Assembly (NCBI GenBank): GCA_965204725.1
Contig: OZ242005.1
Coordinates: 1,312,001 to 1,376,000, forward strand
DNA length: 64,000 bases
Reading direction: 5' to 3'
Source of the DNA: Candidatus Latescibacterota bacterium
GTDB lineage: Bacteria > Latescibacterota > UBA2968 > UBA8231
How positions within the stretch are numbered: the stretch's first letter is position 1; every line of letters begins with the position of its first letter. Under the pieces are notes generated by a model, which had not been told where the DNA came from, did no database searches, and saw nothing but the letters and a program-made list of their open reading frames with translations. The position numbers were made by a program, and so were the translations under genes. Positions 36,932 to 46,479 of the stretch are shown here, one piece after another.

Positions 36932-38083
36932 ATGGACAAGGTGCGAATTGGCATTATTGGCCTCGGCGGCATGGGCAGCAGCCACGCCACTTATCTTTCC
37001 CAAGGCCAAATTGTCGGTGCGGAACTCGCGGCCGTAGCCGACACCGATCCGGCCCGGTTGGCGGGCGTGCAGGACCAATACGGCGCGGGCGTACAAGCGT
37101 TTGCCGGGGCCGACGCCCTGTTTGCGGCCCAATGCGTAGATGCCGTGATCGTAGCCACCCCTCACTACTTCCACCCGCCGCTGGTAATCGCCGCGCTGGA
37201 AAACGGCCTACACGCGATGAGCGAAAAGCCGGCCGGGGTCTATACGCGCCAAGTCCGTGCGATGAACGAGGCCGCGGCCCAAAGCGACCGGGTTTTTGGC
37301 GTGATGTTCAACCAGCGGACGCGCGGCGAGCACCAAAAGCTGAAGTCGCTCGTCGAATCCGGCGAATTGGGGCCGATTCGGCGCACGATTTACATCATCA
37401 ACAACTGGTTCCGCGCCCAAAGCTACTACGATTCGGGCGGCTGGCGAGCGACTTGGGCTGGCGAGGGCGGCGGCGTGTTGGCCAACCAGTGCCCGCACAA
37501 CCTCGACCTGTGGCAGTGGATATGCGGGATGCCGCAGCGGGTGCGGGCCTTTTGTCGCTTTGGGCAATACCACGACATTGAGGTCGAAGACGACGTGACG
37601 GCTTACGTCGAGTACGAGACCGGAGCTACGGGCGTCTTTATCACTTCTACGGGCGAGGCCCCGGGGACCAATCGGCTGGAGATTTCAGCGGACCGCGGCA
37701 AGGTAGTGTTGGAAAGCGGCAAAATCACCTTTTGGCGCACGACAGAGCCGGCGAGCAAATTCCTCGCGGAGTGGCCGCATGGGTTTGGCAGTCCAGAGGT
37801 CTGGAGGTGCGAGATACCAAGCGGCGGCGGCGCAGAGCACCAAGGGATTACCCAAAACTGGGTGCAGGCCATCCGCACGGGGTCGCCGTTATTGGCCGCT
37901 GGGACCGAGGGGATCAACGGCGTGGAGCTGGCCAATGCGATGTTGCTTTCGACGTGGACGGACGATTGGGTCGCTATCCCGGTGGACGAGGATTTGTACT
38001 ACGAAGAGCTGCAAAAGCGGGTGGTTACCTCCAAGACAAAGGAGGAGAGCGGACAGGTGATGGACGTGCAGGGGACGTTTTAG
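36932..38083 (+). CDS. Gfo/Idh/MocA oxidoreductase
   Basis: IGIIGLGGMG, ATPHYFH, SEKP, GGGVLANQCPHNLD. Confidence 0.93.
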   Translation: MDKVRIGIIGLGGMGSSHATYLSQGQIVGAELAAVADTDPARLAGVQDQYGAGVQAFAGADALFAAQCVDAVIVATPHYFHPPLVIAALENGLHAMSEKPAGVYTRQVRAMNEAAAQSDRVFGVMFNQRTRGEHQKLKSLVESGELGPIRRTIYIINNWFRAQSYYDSGGWRATWAGEGGGVLANQCPHNLDLWQWICGMPQRVRAFCRFGQYHDIEVEDDVTAYVEYETGATGVFITSTGEAPGTNRLEISADRGKVVLESGKITFWRTTEPASKFLAEWPHGFGSPEVWRCEIPSGGGAEHQGITQNWVQAIRTGSPLLAAGTEGINGVELANAMLLSTWTDDWVAIPVDEDLYYEELQKRVVTSKTKEESGQVMDVQGTF

Positions 38084-38148
38084 GTAGCAGGAGGCTTACC
38101 CGTCGCTGACTCAAATTTCGGGCGGCGGCCCACGATGAGGAGCGAACC

Positions 38149-38934
38149 GTGAAACTTGCGTTGATGACCGGAGATATGCTGCCGCCGGCAGCCCTGCGCC
38201 CCGAGGGGTTTGAGGCGGTGCAGATGTTTTTCGGCTGGGGAGCGGGCGAAGATGTGCAGGATCCGTCGGCGGCCGAGGTCGATAGCGTGCTACAAGCGGC
38301 CGATGTCGCGCTGGCGGCCATGACCTTGCACGTCGATCTGGTCGGGCCTAAAGGCGCGGTCCAAGACGATGTGGCCAGGCTGGTGCGTTGCGTGGAGAAG
38401 ACCGCCGCGCTCGACGGGCGTTTCGGCGACAACGCGCGGCCGGTGCTGGTGTGGCATCCGTCGGGGTATCCGGCAGAGGGCGTGGACGATCGGGCGGTGT
38501 TTGCGGGGTTGTGCGCCGGGCTGGCGACCGCGTGCGCCGCGGCCGAGAAAGCCGGCGTTGTCATTGCGGTGGAAATGACGCGGGCGGGGAGTATCGACGG
38601 GGCAGAGCGCTTTTTGCGGGTGCAAGATCGGGTGGGGTCCGCGGCCCTCAAAGTCTGCATGGACGCGGCAAACTTCGCGCCCGACCGCACCCCGCTGGTA
38701 CGCGCCGTGCGGATGCTCGGCCCCGACATCGCAATCGCCCACGGCAAGGACGTGCGCTTTGCCGAGAATGGCGAGGTGGCCGACTACGGGCCGACCGGGT
38801 CGGGATGCTTGGACTATCCGGCCTATATCGGCGCGTTGCAGGAGTGGACGCAGGTGCCCTATTTCGTCTTGGAGTACTACAAAAATCGCGCTGACCTGCT
38901 AAAGGCCCGCGATATTGTGCGAGCTTGTTTGTAG
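38149..38934 (+). CDS. Sugar phosphate isomerase/epimerase (TIM barrel)
   Basis: VVIAVEM, VCMDAAN, AHGKD, GSGCLDY, VLEY. Confidence 0.85.
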   Translation: MKLALMTGDMLPPAALRPEGFEAVQMFFGWGAGEDVQDPSAAEVDSVLQAADVALAAMTLHVDLVGPKGAVQDDVARLVRCVEKTAALDGRFGDNARPVLVWHPSGYPAEGVDDRAVFAGLCAGLATACAAAEKAGVVIAVEMTRAGSIDGAERFLRVQDRVGSAALKVCMDAANFAPDRTPLVRAVRMLGPDIAIAHGKDVRFAENGEVADYGPTGSGCLDYPAYIGALQEWTQVPYFVLEYYKNRADLLKARDIVRACL

Positions 38935-39015
38935 ATATGCCAAGCGGAACGTCCGGCAGGAATGGTGCTCTATTTCGAGCGTTACTAATCGGGTAAAACC
39001 GGCTGAGAGGGCAAC

Positions 39016-39765
39016 ATGAACAACTTTTTGCGACTCAATTTGCGTTCCCAAAGCCTTACGCAGGACGAGGGCGGGCACGCTATCTGGCAGGTGCAAACCA
39101 GTCCCCAAGAATGGGCGGCGGACCAAACCGCGCTCTTGCTCTGCGATGTGTGGAACGGCCACTGGTGCCGCGGCGCGGTCGAGCGCCTCGATGCCATGAT
39201 CGAGCGGATGGACGCTGTGGTTAGGGCGGTGCGCGCGGCCGGCGGCCTGATCGTCCACGCGCCTTCGGATACCATGGATTTTTACGCCGATGCGCCGGCG
39301 CGTCAGCGCGTCCTTGCGGCCCCCCCCGTTGCGCCGCCGCCCGACGCTGACCGCTCGGATCCTCCCCTGCCGGTGGATGCCTCTGATCACGGAGCGGACA
39401 CGGGCGAGACCGAGACCTACAAGGCTTGGAATCGGCAGCATCCGGGGATTGAAATCGACCAAGAGCGGGATATTATTTCGGATCAGGGGGCGGAGGTGTA
39501 TAGCTACTTGCAGCACCAAGGGATCGCGCATCTGCTGATTATGGGCGTCCACACCAATATGTGCGTTTTGCACCGGACTTTTGCCATCAAGCAGATGGTG
39601 CGCTGGGGAGTGGAGGTGGTGTTGATCCGCGACTTGACCGACGCGATGTACAATCCGGCCATGCCGCCCTACGTCAGCCACGACGCGGGCACGGGCTTGG
39701 TGGTGGAGTTCATCGAAAAATTCTGGTGTCCGAGCGTGGAGAGCAAGGATGTAATCGGGGCGTAA
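39016..39765 (+). CDS. Isochorismatase-family cysteine hydrolase
   Basis: TALLLCDVWNGHWC, MGVHTNMCV, RDLTDAMYNP. Confidence 0.85.
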   Translation: MNNFLRLNLRSQSLTQDEGGHAIWQVQTSPQEWAADQTALLLCDVWNGHWCRGAVERLDAMIERMDAVVRAVRAAGGLIVHAPSDTMDFYADAPARQRVLAAPPVAPPPDADRSDPPLPVDASDHGADTGETETYKAWNRQHPGIEIDQERDIISDQGAEVYSYLQHQGIAHLLIMGVHTNMCVLHRTFAIKQMVRWGVEVVLIRDLTDAMYNPAMPPYVSHDAGTGLVVEFIEKFWCPSVESKDVIGA

Positions 39766-39774
39766 AATCGCGCC

Positions 39775-42111
39775 ATGTACAGGCGACTCGCACCTGACAG
39801 CCATTTTAGGATTCTTTTGCAAACAACACTTAATAAGGCCATCGGCTGGACGGTCGTTGGGCTGGGGCTGTTTTGCGGCTCGGCGACAGCGCAAGGGGCG
39901 GCGCGCGTTGAAGTGCCCATCTTTGAGGGCGGCGCGGGCTTGGACTTTTTCTTTTTTGCCGCCCGCGAATACGAAAAAGTCCGTCCCGAGGTGCAGGTCG
40001 ATCTCTACGGCGACCCGCGCATTGCCGACAAGGTGCGGGTGCGGATTCTCGAAGGAACCTTCCCAACAGTCAGCAACGCCGGTCTCAACTACTGGGCGCT
40101 GATCCGCAACGGCGAAATCCTGCCCCTCGACGCCTATCTGGACGGGCCGAGCTGGGACGGGGACCGGACTTGGCGCGCGTCCTTCCTGCCCGGCAGCCTC
40201 GACCGCTATGAGTACGAGGGCAAGACCTACGGCATCCCCTTGCTCTATTCGGTTTACGTCGTCTGGTACAACAAAAACATGTTTGCGGAGCACGGCTGGG
40301 CACCGCCGCGCACTTGGGACGAGTTTTTCGCCCTCTGCGAGCAAATCCGCGCCGCCGGGGTTTGGCCGCTGGCCTTTCAGGGGCGTTATCCGGGCTATAT
40401 CGGCGGCGTGACCGACAACGCGTATTATCACCTCGCGGGCCGCGCCCGGTTCTACGAGCAGAAGGAGCTGGTGCCGGGCAGTTTCGCCAACCCCGAATAC
40501 GCGACCGCGCTCAGGCTCATTCAGCGCACGGCGCAGGAGTACTTCCAGCCCGGGGCCCTCGGCATGAGCCACACCGAGGCGCAGCTCGAATTTTTCTTGG
40601 GCCACACTGCGATGGTTTTTTGCGGCTCTTGGCTCAAAAGCGAGATGATGGGCAAAATCCCCGACGGCTTCCGCTTGGGAGCGTTTAATTTGCCCGTGGC
40701 CGAGGGGGGAGCCGGCGATCCCGGGGCCATCTACACAAGTGCTGGGTATTACTTTGTCTTCAAAAACAGCGCCCACACCGAGCTGGGCGTGGACTTTTTG
40801 CGCTTTATGACCTCGCAGGAGATGGCCGGCACCTTTGCCGAGATGCGCGATGTTTTGGTGGCCATTGATGGGGCGATGGAGGGACGCACCAGCGAAGATT
40901 TGCAGGACCTGGTGAACTTGGCGCAACGAGCGACGACGACCTATGGCACGGCCCCGGGCGAAGGCTTCCCGGAGATGGACCAATTCCTCAACGATGTGCG
41001 CTTCAAGATCGTCAATGGGCAGCTAACGCCGGAGGAGGGCACCCAGCAACTGGAGGAGGCCGCCGAGGCTGTACGCAACCGCAGCGAGCGTCCCGATCAA
41101 GTTACCGCCCGCCACCTGTGGAAACCCGCGCTGCTGTTGGGGCTTTTGGTGCTGGCGATGGGCTATTGGTTATCTACGACGGCGCGGCAGTGGCGCGAAA
41201 GACGAAGCGGCCAAGCCCCCCGACCTACCAGCACCGTGCGCTTGGGTTGGGCTGGGGTGGTGGTGTTCGTCGGGCCGGCCGCGGCGTTCTACACGCTCTT
41301 TGTGGTCGTGCCCAGCATCAAGTCCTTCGTCTGGAGCGCGATGCGCTGGGACGGGTTGACGGAAATGGTTTTCGTCGGGCTGTTGCACTTCCAGCGGCTG
41401 CTCTTTGAGAGCGACGAGTTTTGGATCGCGCTGTCGAACAATCTCTTCATCATGTTTATCATCCCGCTCTGCGTGTTGCCGCTGTCGCTCTTTTTGGCGG
41501 TGTGCATCAGCCGCGAGGTCGTCGGTGCCAAGCTCTTTCGCATCGTCTTCTTCTTTCCCAACATTCTCGGCGGAGTCGCGGCGACGCTGCTGTGGATGCA
41601 CCTGTACAATCCACAGGGCGGGCCGATCAACACGGTGTTGGTGGCCTTGGGATTGGAGGGGTTTGCCGGCTTTGCTTGGCTGGCGCAGGACAACCTCTAC
41701 TGGGCGCTAATACCCATGTCGATCTGGGGCGCGGCCGGGTTCAACATGGTGCTGTTTTTGGCGGCCATGGAGAGCATCCCGCAGAGCATGTACGAGGCGG
41801 CTGACATCGACGGGGCTTCGGCTTGGCGGCAGTTTTGGTCGATTACCGTGCCGCTGATTTGGGAGGTCTTGTCGATAGCGATTGTGTTTATGATCATCGG
41901 CGGGATGAAGGCGTTTGAGGTGATTTGGCTGCTGACCAATCAGCGGCCGACGACCGACAACCACGTGATCGGTACGCGGATGGTGCAGGCCATGTTTACC
42001 GAGTTCAAGGTGGGAGAGGCCACGGCGATTGCCGTGCTGCTCTTTTTGATCGTGTTCTTTGGCACCACCGCAACCTTGCGGGCCATGAAGCGCGAAGCCG
42101 TGGAGTTTTGA
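39775..42111 (+). CDS. Fused carbohydrate ABC substrate-binding protein + MalF-like permease
   Basis: N-terminal SBP (GKTYGIP, WYNKNMF...PPRTWDEF) in frame with a permease (SMYEAADIDGAS). Confidence 0.85.
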   Translation: MYRRLAPDSHFRILLQTTLNKAIGWTVVGLGLFCGSATAQGAARVEVPIFEGGAGLDFFFFAAREYEKVRPEVQVDLYGDPRIADKVRVRILEGTFPTVSNAGLNYWALIRNGEILPLDAYLDGPSWDGDRTWRASFLPGSLDRYEYEGKTYGIPLLYSVYVVWYNKNMFAEHGWAPPRTWDEFFALCEQIRAAGVWPLAFQGRYPGYIGGVTDNAYYHLAGRARFYEQKELVPGSFANPEYATALRLIQRTAQEYFQPGALGMSHTEAQLEFFLGHTAMVFCGSWLKSEMMGKIPDGFRLGAFNLPVAEGGAGDPGAIYTSAGYYFVFKNSAHTELGVDFLRFMTSQEMAGTFAEMRDVLVAIDGAMEGRTSEDLQDLVNLAQRATTTYGTAPGEGFPEMDQFLNDVRFKIVNGQLTPEEGTQQLEEAAEAVRNRSERPDQVTARHLWKPALLLGLLVLAMGYWLSTTARQWRERRSGQAPRPTSTVRLGWAGVVVFVGPAAAFYTLFVVVPSIKSFVWSAMRWDGLTEMVFVGLLHFQRLLFESDEFWIALSNNLFIMFIIPLCVLPLSLFLAVCISREVVGAKLFRIVFFFPNILGGVAATLLWMHLYNPQGGPINTVLVALGLEGFAGFAWLAQDNLYWALIPMSIWGAAGFNMVLFLAAMESIPQSMYEAADIDGASAWRQFWSITVPLIWEVLSIAIVFMIIGGMKAFEVIWLLTNQRPTTDNHVIGTRMVQAMFTEFKVGEATAIAVLLFLIVFFGTTATLRAMKREAVEF

Positions 42112-42113
42112 AT

Positions 42114-42971
42114 ATGGCCGAGCCGGGCAAGTTTTCCGTCGTCAAACCTTTGGTCTATCTGGTGCTGTGCGGCTATCTGACGATTGTGGTCTATCCGATG
42201 CTGTGGCTTTTGTACACCTCCCTGAAGACGGACCGCGAGATTTTCCTCAACCCCTTCAGCTTGCCCGAGCTCGATGCCTTGCAGTGGATCAACTTTGCCA
42301 ACGCTTGGACTAAGGGGCACTTCGGCGACTATTTCTTCAACAGCGTCTTTCTAACAGTCGCGACCGTGGCGGTCTCCATGCTGCTGGCGGCGATGGCGGC
42401 CTACGCACTGGCGCGCTTTAGCTTCTTGGGCGTGCGGCCGATGTTTTTCTACTTCTTGGCTGGGCTGATGATCCCGTTGCAACTGTCGATTGTGCCGCTC
42501 TTTTTTCAGATGAAGGACTTTGGCTTGCTCAACTCGCGGCTGGGCATGCTGATGGTCTATGTGGCCTTTGGGATGCCGTTTGCCATCTTTATCCTCACCG
42601 GGTTTTTCAAGTCTTTGCCCGCTGGGTTGCACGAGTCGGCGCTAATAGATGGGGCCGGGGAGTTTCGGGCGTTTTGGTCGATTATGCTGCCGTTGGCGCG
42701 GCCCGGGCTTATTACGGTGGGCATCTTCGCCTTCTTGGGGACTTGGAACGAGTTTTTTATGGCCTTTATGTTCCTGTCTGGGGAGGGGTCGCAGGCGTTG
42801 CGCACCCTGCCGCTGGGATTGGCTAACATCACCATCGTCAGCCAGTATCGCAGCGATTGGGGCATGGCCTTTGCCGGATTGGTGCTGATCATGGCTCCGA
42901 CGATGCTGGTGTACGCTTTCTTGCAGCAATACCTGACGAAGGGGATTACTGTTGGGGCGCTCAAGGGGTAG
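42114..42971 (+). CDS. Carbohydrate ABC permease (MalG-like)
   Basis: FFKSLPAGLHESALIDGA, WNEF, ends GALKG. Confidence 0.92.
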   Translation: MAEPGKFSVVKPLVYLVLCGYLTIVVYPMLWLLYTSLKTDREIFLNPFSLPELDALQWINFANAWTKGHFGDYFFNSVFLTVATVAVSMLLAAMAAYALARFSFLGVRPMFFYFLAGLMIPLQLSIVPLFFQMKDFGLLNSRLGMLMVYVAFGMPFAIFILTGFFKSLPAGLHESALIDGAGEFRAFWSIMLPLARPGLITVGIFAFLGTWNEFFMAFMFLSGEGSQALRTLPLGLANITIVSQYRSDWGMAFAGLVLIMAPTMLVYAFLQQYLTKGITVGALKG

Positions 42972-43031
42972 AGAGGGGGAGGCGGTAGGTGATGACGAAA
43001 ACGACGGCGCGACTAACGACGGTAAGCCCGT

Positions 43032-45107
43032 CTAGCGGCTGTAGCGCAGGCCAAAGAAAAAGCCCGGCCACGCGAAAAGCCCATCCTTCCATTCCCTCTC
43101 GTAGCGGCTACCCGACTCGATCAGCCGGAGATGGCTATCGGTCCACAACTGGTTCAAGGAGACGCCGCCAAACAGCGACAGATGGCGGTGCAAAAAGACC
43201 CCCGTCCCGAGTTTAATTCTGGCCAGATAGTTGTCCCTGTTCAAGCGGTCCAAGCCCAAATCCACCTTGAGCGGCCAAAGGTCAACACCTGCTTTGTAAT
43301 CATCGTTGAGGTCGCGGCTGATCCGGTAGATATGGGTATCGAGGCCGAGGAAAAACCGCTGGCCGCGCTTCTGCATCCCGCCCCCCAAGCCCAACGCCCA
43401 GCGCCGCTGCCCGCCCTCGTCGGCAAAGCCCGTGGTAAAAGAGGTGTAAAACGAGCGGCCGCCCGAGGCGAGGGTGAACATGGTAAAGCCGACTTCGTCG
43501 CGCCAAGTGCTGAAGTTGAAAAGCCCGCTGCGCGAGTAGTTGAGCAGCCCGATGGGCAGGCCGCCCTCGATATGGCCAGAAAGGTTGATCACGCCCACCT
43601 GCAAGCCCTTGACCTCGCTCGCCACGTTCAATACCCCGACCTGAACGCCCTTGACCTCGCCGGCAAAATTGGTCACGGCCACTTGCAAACCGCGGATTTT
43701 GCCGGCGATGTTGAGCAACCCTACTTGTCCACCTTGTAAAGGCCCTAGCCCCCAGCCGCGCACTTGAGAGGCAATGTTGAGAAATCCTACTTGCCCACCT
43801 TGTAAAGGCCCCAGCGCCCAGTTGACGCCCGTGACGGTCGCCTGCCAGCCGTTGACCTCTTTGAGCGCCAAGTTGCCCACCCCACTCATTTGGGTGCCCG
43901 TCCGCGCCCGCGCTTGGTTGACCAGCAAGGCGAGCTGGACGCCGCGGAACGCCGCGTCTTGGGTATTGGTCAGCAGCCCCAGCGACAGCGTGTAGCGCTC
44001 GCCGGCAACCTCGATTCGGCGGCCTAAGGTGATCCGCCGCCGTGAGCCGCCCCGTAGCCTAGCGTCCTCTGGGGACAGGACGCGAAAATCGCCGCCCCGC
44101 ACCTCGGCGAACTCGTCCTTAGTCAGGTCCAACTCAGCCACTTGCCAGCCCGCATCCCACGTTTGCAAAAACAGGGTATAGGCCCCCGGCACCAATCCCA
44201 ACTCGACCGCCCGCCCCGGGGATTTGTTCAGTTCGGCGACTAGACGCCGCTGGGCATTGCGGATGGCGATCTGGCCGGCGAGGCCCTCGTCTAGCAACAG
44301 GCCCGCTGCGTTGCGGCGCACCTCGGTCATCACCACGCCGCCGGTGCCGCGCATCTGGCCCTCGTAAGCTGGATGCTGAGTGCCTCCGGCCGTGCCAATA
44401 GTCCGCGCCCGCGTCTCGTCAAAGGCGAACTGGTAGGCCTCGTGGAGGGTCACTCGGCCATCGCCGGTAACGTCGGCCGCGCCGCGCATCCCGGAAATTA
44501 GATAGTGCGTAAAAAAGGACGCTTCGATCTGGTCCGATTCCTGCGCGGCCTCGTCGGCCGAGCTCGAAGTGAGGAAGGCGTACCCCCGCATGTCAAAGGA
44601 CTCGTCAACCAAAAAGGGCGGCTGGGGCTTGCCCCCTTTGATGCGGGTTATGGAGCCGGAGTTACAGGCATCGAGGACGGCGATGCGGACGGCGGCCTCG
44701 GTCGTCTTGAGCGAGTCGAGCAACTGCTGGTAGCCGAGGTGATCGCCCGCCAAAAGCAGGCCCTCTTCGTCGGCGTGTCCCGAGTAGTAAAGCAGTACCT
44801 CTAAGCGGCCTCCCCACCGACGGGCCGCCTGCACCCGCCGGCCTAGATCGGCCAGCCCCTGCTCAAAAGCGGCCAAGTCTGGGTCGCGCAACAGCACCAC
44901 ATCGGCCGGGTCCAAGCCCCCCATCTCCTGCAAGACCTCGACGAAGTGTTCCGCGTCCGAGACCGCGTAGCGCAACAACTCGCGATCCACCCCGCCGTTG
45001 TTGGCCCCGGCCGCCAGCACCAACCGGCGCATCTCGGCGGCGGCCGGCTGCAAAGACAGGCCCGCCACAACGACGAGCGCGATTAGCACACTCAGCCGCG
45101 ATAGCAT
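43032..45107 (-). CDS. Exported caspase-family (C14) protease with LA_2272-like repeats and beta-rich C-terminus
   Basis: Signal peptide; LRYAVSDA, His motif YYSGHA, Cys motif LDACNSG, SFFTHYLISGMRGAAD; repeats xGxQ(V)G(L/V/F)xN. Confidence 0.88.
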   Translation of the reverse strand: MLSRLSVLIALVVVAGLSLQPAAAEMRRLVLAAGANNGGVDRELLRYAVSDAEHFVEVLQEMGGLDPADVVLLRDPDLAAFEQGLADLGRRVQAARRWGGRLEVLLYYSGHADEEGLLLAGDHLGYQQLLDSLKTTEAAVRIAVLDACNSGSITRIKGGKPQPPFLVDESFDMRGYAFLTSSSADEAAQESDQIEASFFTHYLISGMRGAADVTGDGRVTLHEAYQFAFDETRARTIGTAGGTQHPAYEGQMRGTGGVVMTEVRRNAAGLLLDEGLAGQIAIRNAQRRLVAELNKSPGRAVELGLVPGAYTLFLQTWDAGWQVAELDLTKDEFAEVRGGDFRVLSPEDARLRGGSRRRITLGRRIEVAGERYTLSLGLLTNTQDAAFRGVQLALLVNQARARTGTQMSGVGNLALKEVNGWQATVTGVNWALGPLQGGQVGFLNIASQVRGWGLGPLQGGQVGLLNIAGKIRGLQVAVTNFAGEVKGVQVGVLNVASEVKGLQVGVINLSGHIEGGLPIGLLNYSRSGLFNFSTWRDEVGFTMFTLASGGRSFYTSFTTGFADEGGQRRWALGLGGGMQKRGQRFFLGLDTHIYRISRDLNDDYKAGVDLWPLKVDLGLDRLNRDNYLARIKLGTGVFLHRHLSLFGGVSLNQLWTDSHLRLIESGSRYEREWKDGLFAWPGFFFGLRYSR
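43705..43821. repeat. Imperfect duplication with 66-bp period in the repeat region of the protease
   Basis: gc(g/a)atgttgag..a.cctacttg.ccaccttgtaaaggccc at 43705 and 43771 (LGPLQGGQVGxLNIA x2). Confidence 0.85.
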
Positions 45108-45118
45108 GGATTGTAACT

Positions 45119-45691
45119 CTACCAGATGTCGCTGAGATTCAGTACAAATCCCGGCAAGGTGGGATCGGCCGATAGGGCCTTGAGGTTTTTTAGCACTTCA
45201 ACCGGGAGGTGCGGGCGGTAGATCGCTACGGTTTTTTGCTCTGGGACAATGAGCCAGCCCAGTTGAGTGCCGTTTTCAATGTATGCTGCCATTTTTGCTC
45301 GCAACGATAGCAGATCATCCGAGGGCGACTTGAGTTCGATGACAAACTCTGGACAAAGCGGCAAAAAGCGGTCCTTTTGCGCCTCGGTCAGGGCATCGTA
45401 CCGCCGCCGCGCAACCCACGCGCCATCCGGCGAGCGGACAGAGCGGTCGGGTAGCACAAATCCGCTCGAGGAATCAAAGGCCACGCCGGTGCCATCTCGT
45501 TTGGCCCACAAGCCCAACTGCACGGTAATTTCTGCATTCCGGGCACCCGTTGCTCCTCCCGTTGGGGGCATAATCAGTACTTCTCCCTTTGCATTGCGCT
45601 CAATGCGCATGTCGCGATTGAGCTGACAAAAGTCAAAAAACTGCTCTTCGGTTAGATCGATAACGGGCTGAAAGTTCAGTACGGCTTCCAT
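45119..45691 (-). CDS. Uma2 family endonuclease (DUF820)
   Basis: IERNAKGEVLIMPPTG, FDSSSGF, RSPDGAW, PLCPEFVIELKSPSD, NGTQLGWLI. Confidence 0.93.
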   Translation of the reverse strand: MEAVLNFQPVIDLTEEQFFDFCQLNRDMRIERNAKGEVLIMPPTGGATGARNAEITVQLGLWAKRDGTGVAFDSSSGFVLPDRSVRSPDGAWVARRRYDALTEAQKDRFLPLCPEFVIELKSPSDDLLSLRAKMAAYIENGTQLGWLIVPEQKTVAIYRPHLPVEVLKNLKALSADPTLPGFVLNLSDIW

Positions 45692-45714
45692 AGAGATACC
45701 TCGCCGGGTGTGCG

Positions 45715-46479
45715 CTAAGGGGCCTCTGGTTTGCGTAGGGTGAAGGCAAAAAGGTGGAGGTCGTCGGCCAACGCCACCTCGCCGGCGACCAGCTTGGCTC
45801 GGATCGGGGATAGACCAAAGGGGCGGTCGGCCGCCACCAAGTAAAACCGCTCCCACAGGGGCGCGTCGTCGAGTTCATAGGCCACGTCGAGGGTATCTTG
45901 CGCGGCCAACGGCACGGCTTGGGTCCCGGCTGCCGGCAGGTGCCACGTTGCAGCACCGCGCCCGTCAACGGACAGGATCGCCCCGTACTGCAAGCCACCG
46001 GAGCGGTAAGCGAGCTGCACCCAATCCCCGCGTTGGGCCAAGGCCCCGTCCGGCAAACGCTCCGCACCGCTGGCCAGCTTGCGAAAGACCATCAAGCGCG
46101 GCGTCCGCTCACCGCCCTTAACCCGCAGTGCGGGGGCTTGCGGGGGGTCTTGGTCAAAGAGAGTGGGCACCGCCACTACCGCCAGGATCAGGGCCACGGC
46201 CGGAACGGCCCAAAGGCGATACCCACTCCACGTCCGTTGGGCGCGCCGGCCCTGCGCCCGCTTGCGTTTTAGCTCGATCTGGCCGCGCATCCATTCGGGT
46301 GGGTAGCGCCTAAGCACTTCCTCGTTGGAACGCTCTAGGGCGGCTAGACGCTCCGCGAGCGCGGGGTCGGTCGCCAACTGGCGGTCCAAAGCCGCCAACT
46401 CGGCCTCCGTGCCCTCGCGCAGCAGGTAGCGCTCTAGCTGGTAGTCGCTTATGGGGCGCTGCTCTTCTTGCTGGTTCAT
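45715..46479 (-). CDS. Membrane-spanning anti-sigma factor (ActD-like / DUF4384-like periplasmic domain)
   Basis: N-terminal ISDYQLERYLL helix bundle, one TM segment, GDWVQLAY...LSVDGRG...YELDDAP; ATGA-coupled to the sigma gene. Confidence 0.75.
   Translation of the reverse strand: MNQQEEQRPISDYQLERYLLREGTEAELAALDRQLATDPALAERLAALERSNEEVLRRYPPEWMRGQIELKRKRAQGRRAQRTWSGYRLWAVPAVALILAVVAVPTLFDQDPPQAPALRVKGGERTPRLMVFRKLASGAERLPDGALAQRGDWVQLAYRSGGLQYGAILSVDGRGAATWHLPAAGTQAVPLAAQDTLDVAYELDDAPLWERFYLVAADRPFGLSPIRAKLVAGEVALADDLHLFAFTLRKPEAP

Noticed and set aside
38899-40983. 694-aa minus-strand ORF
   Set aside because: Overlaps the isochorismatase and SBP-permease genes on the opposite strand; no recognisable domain.
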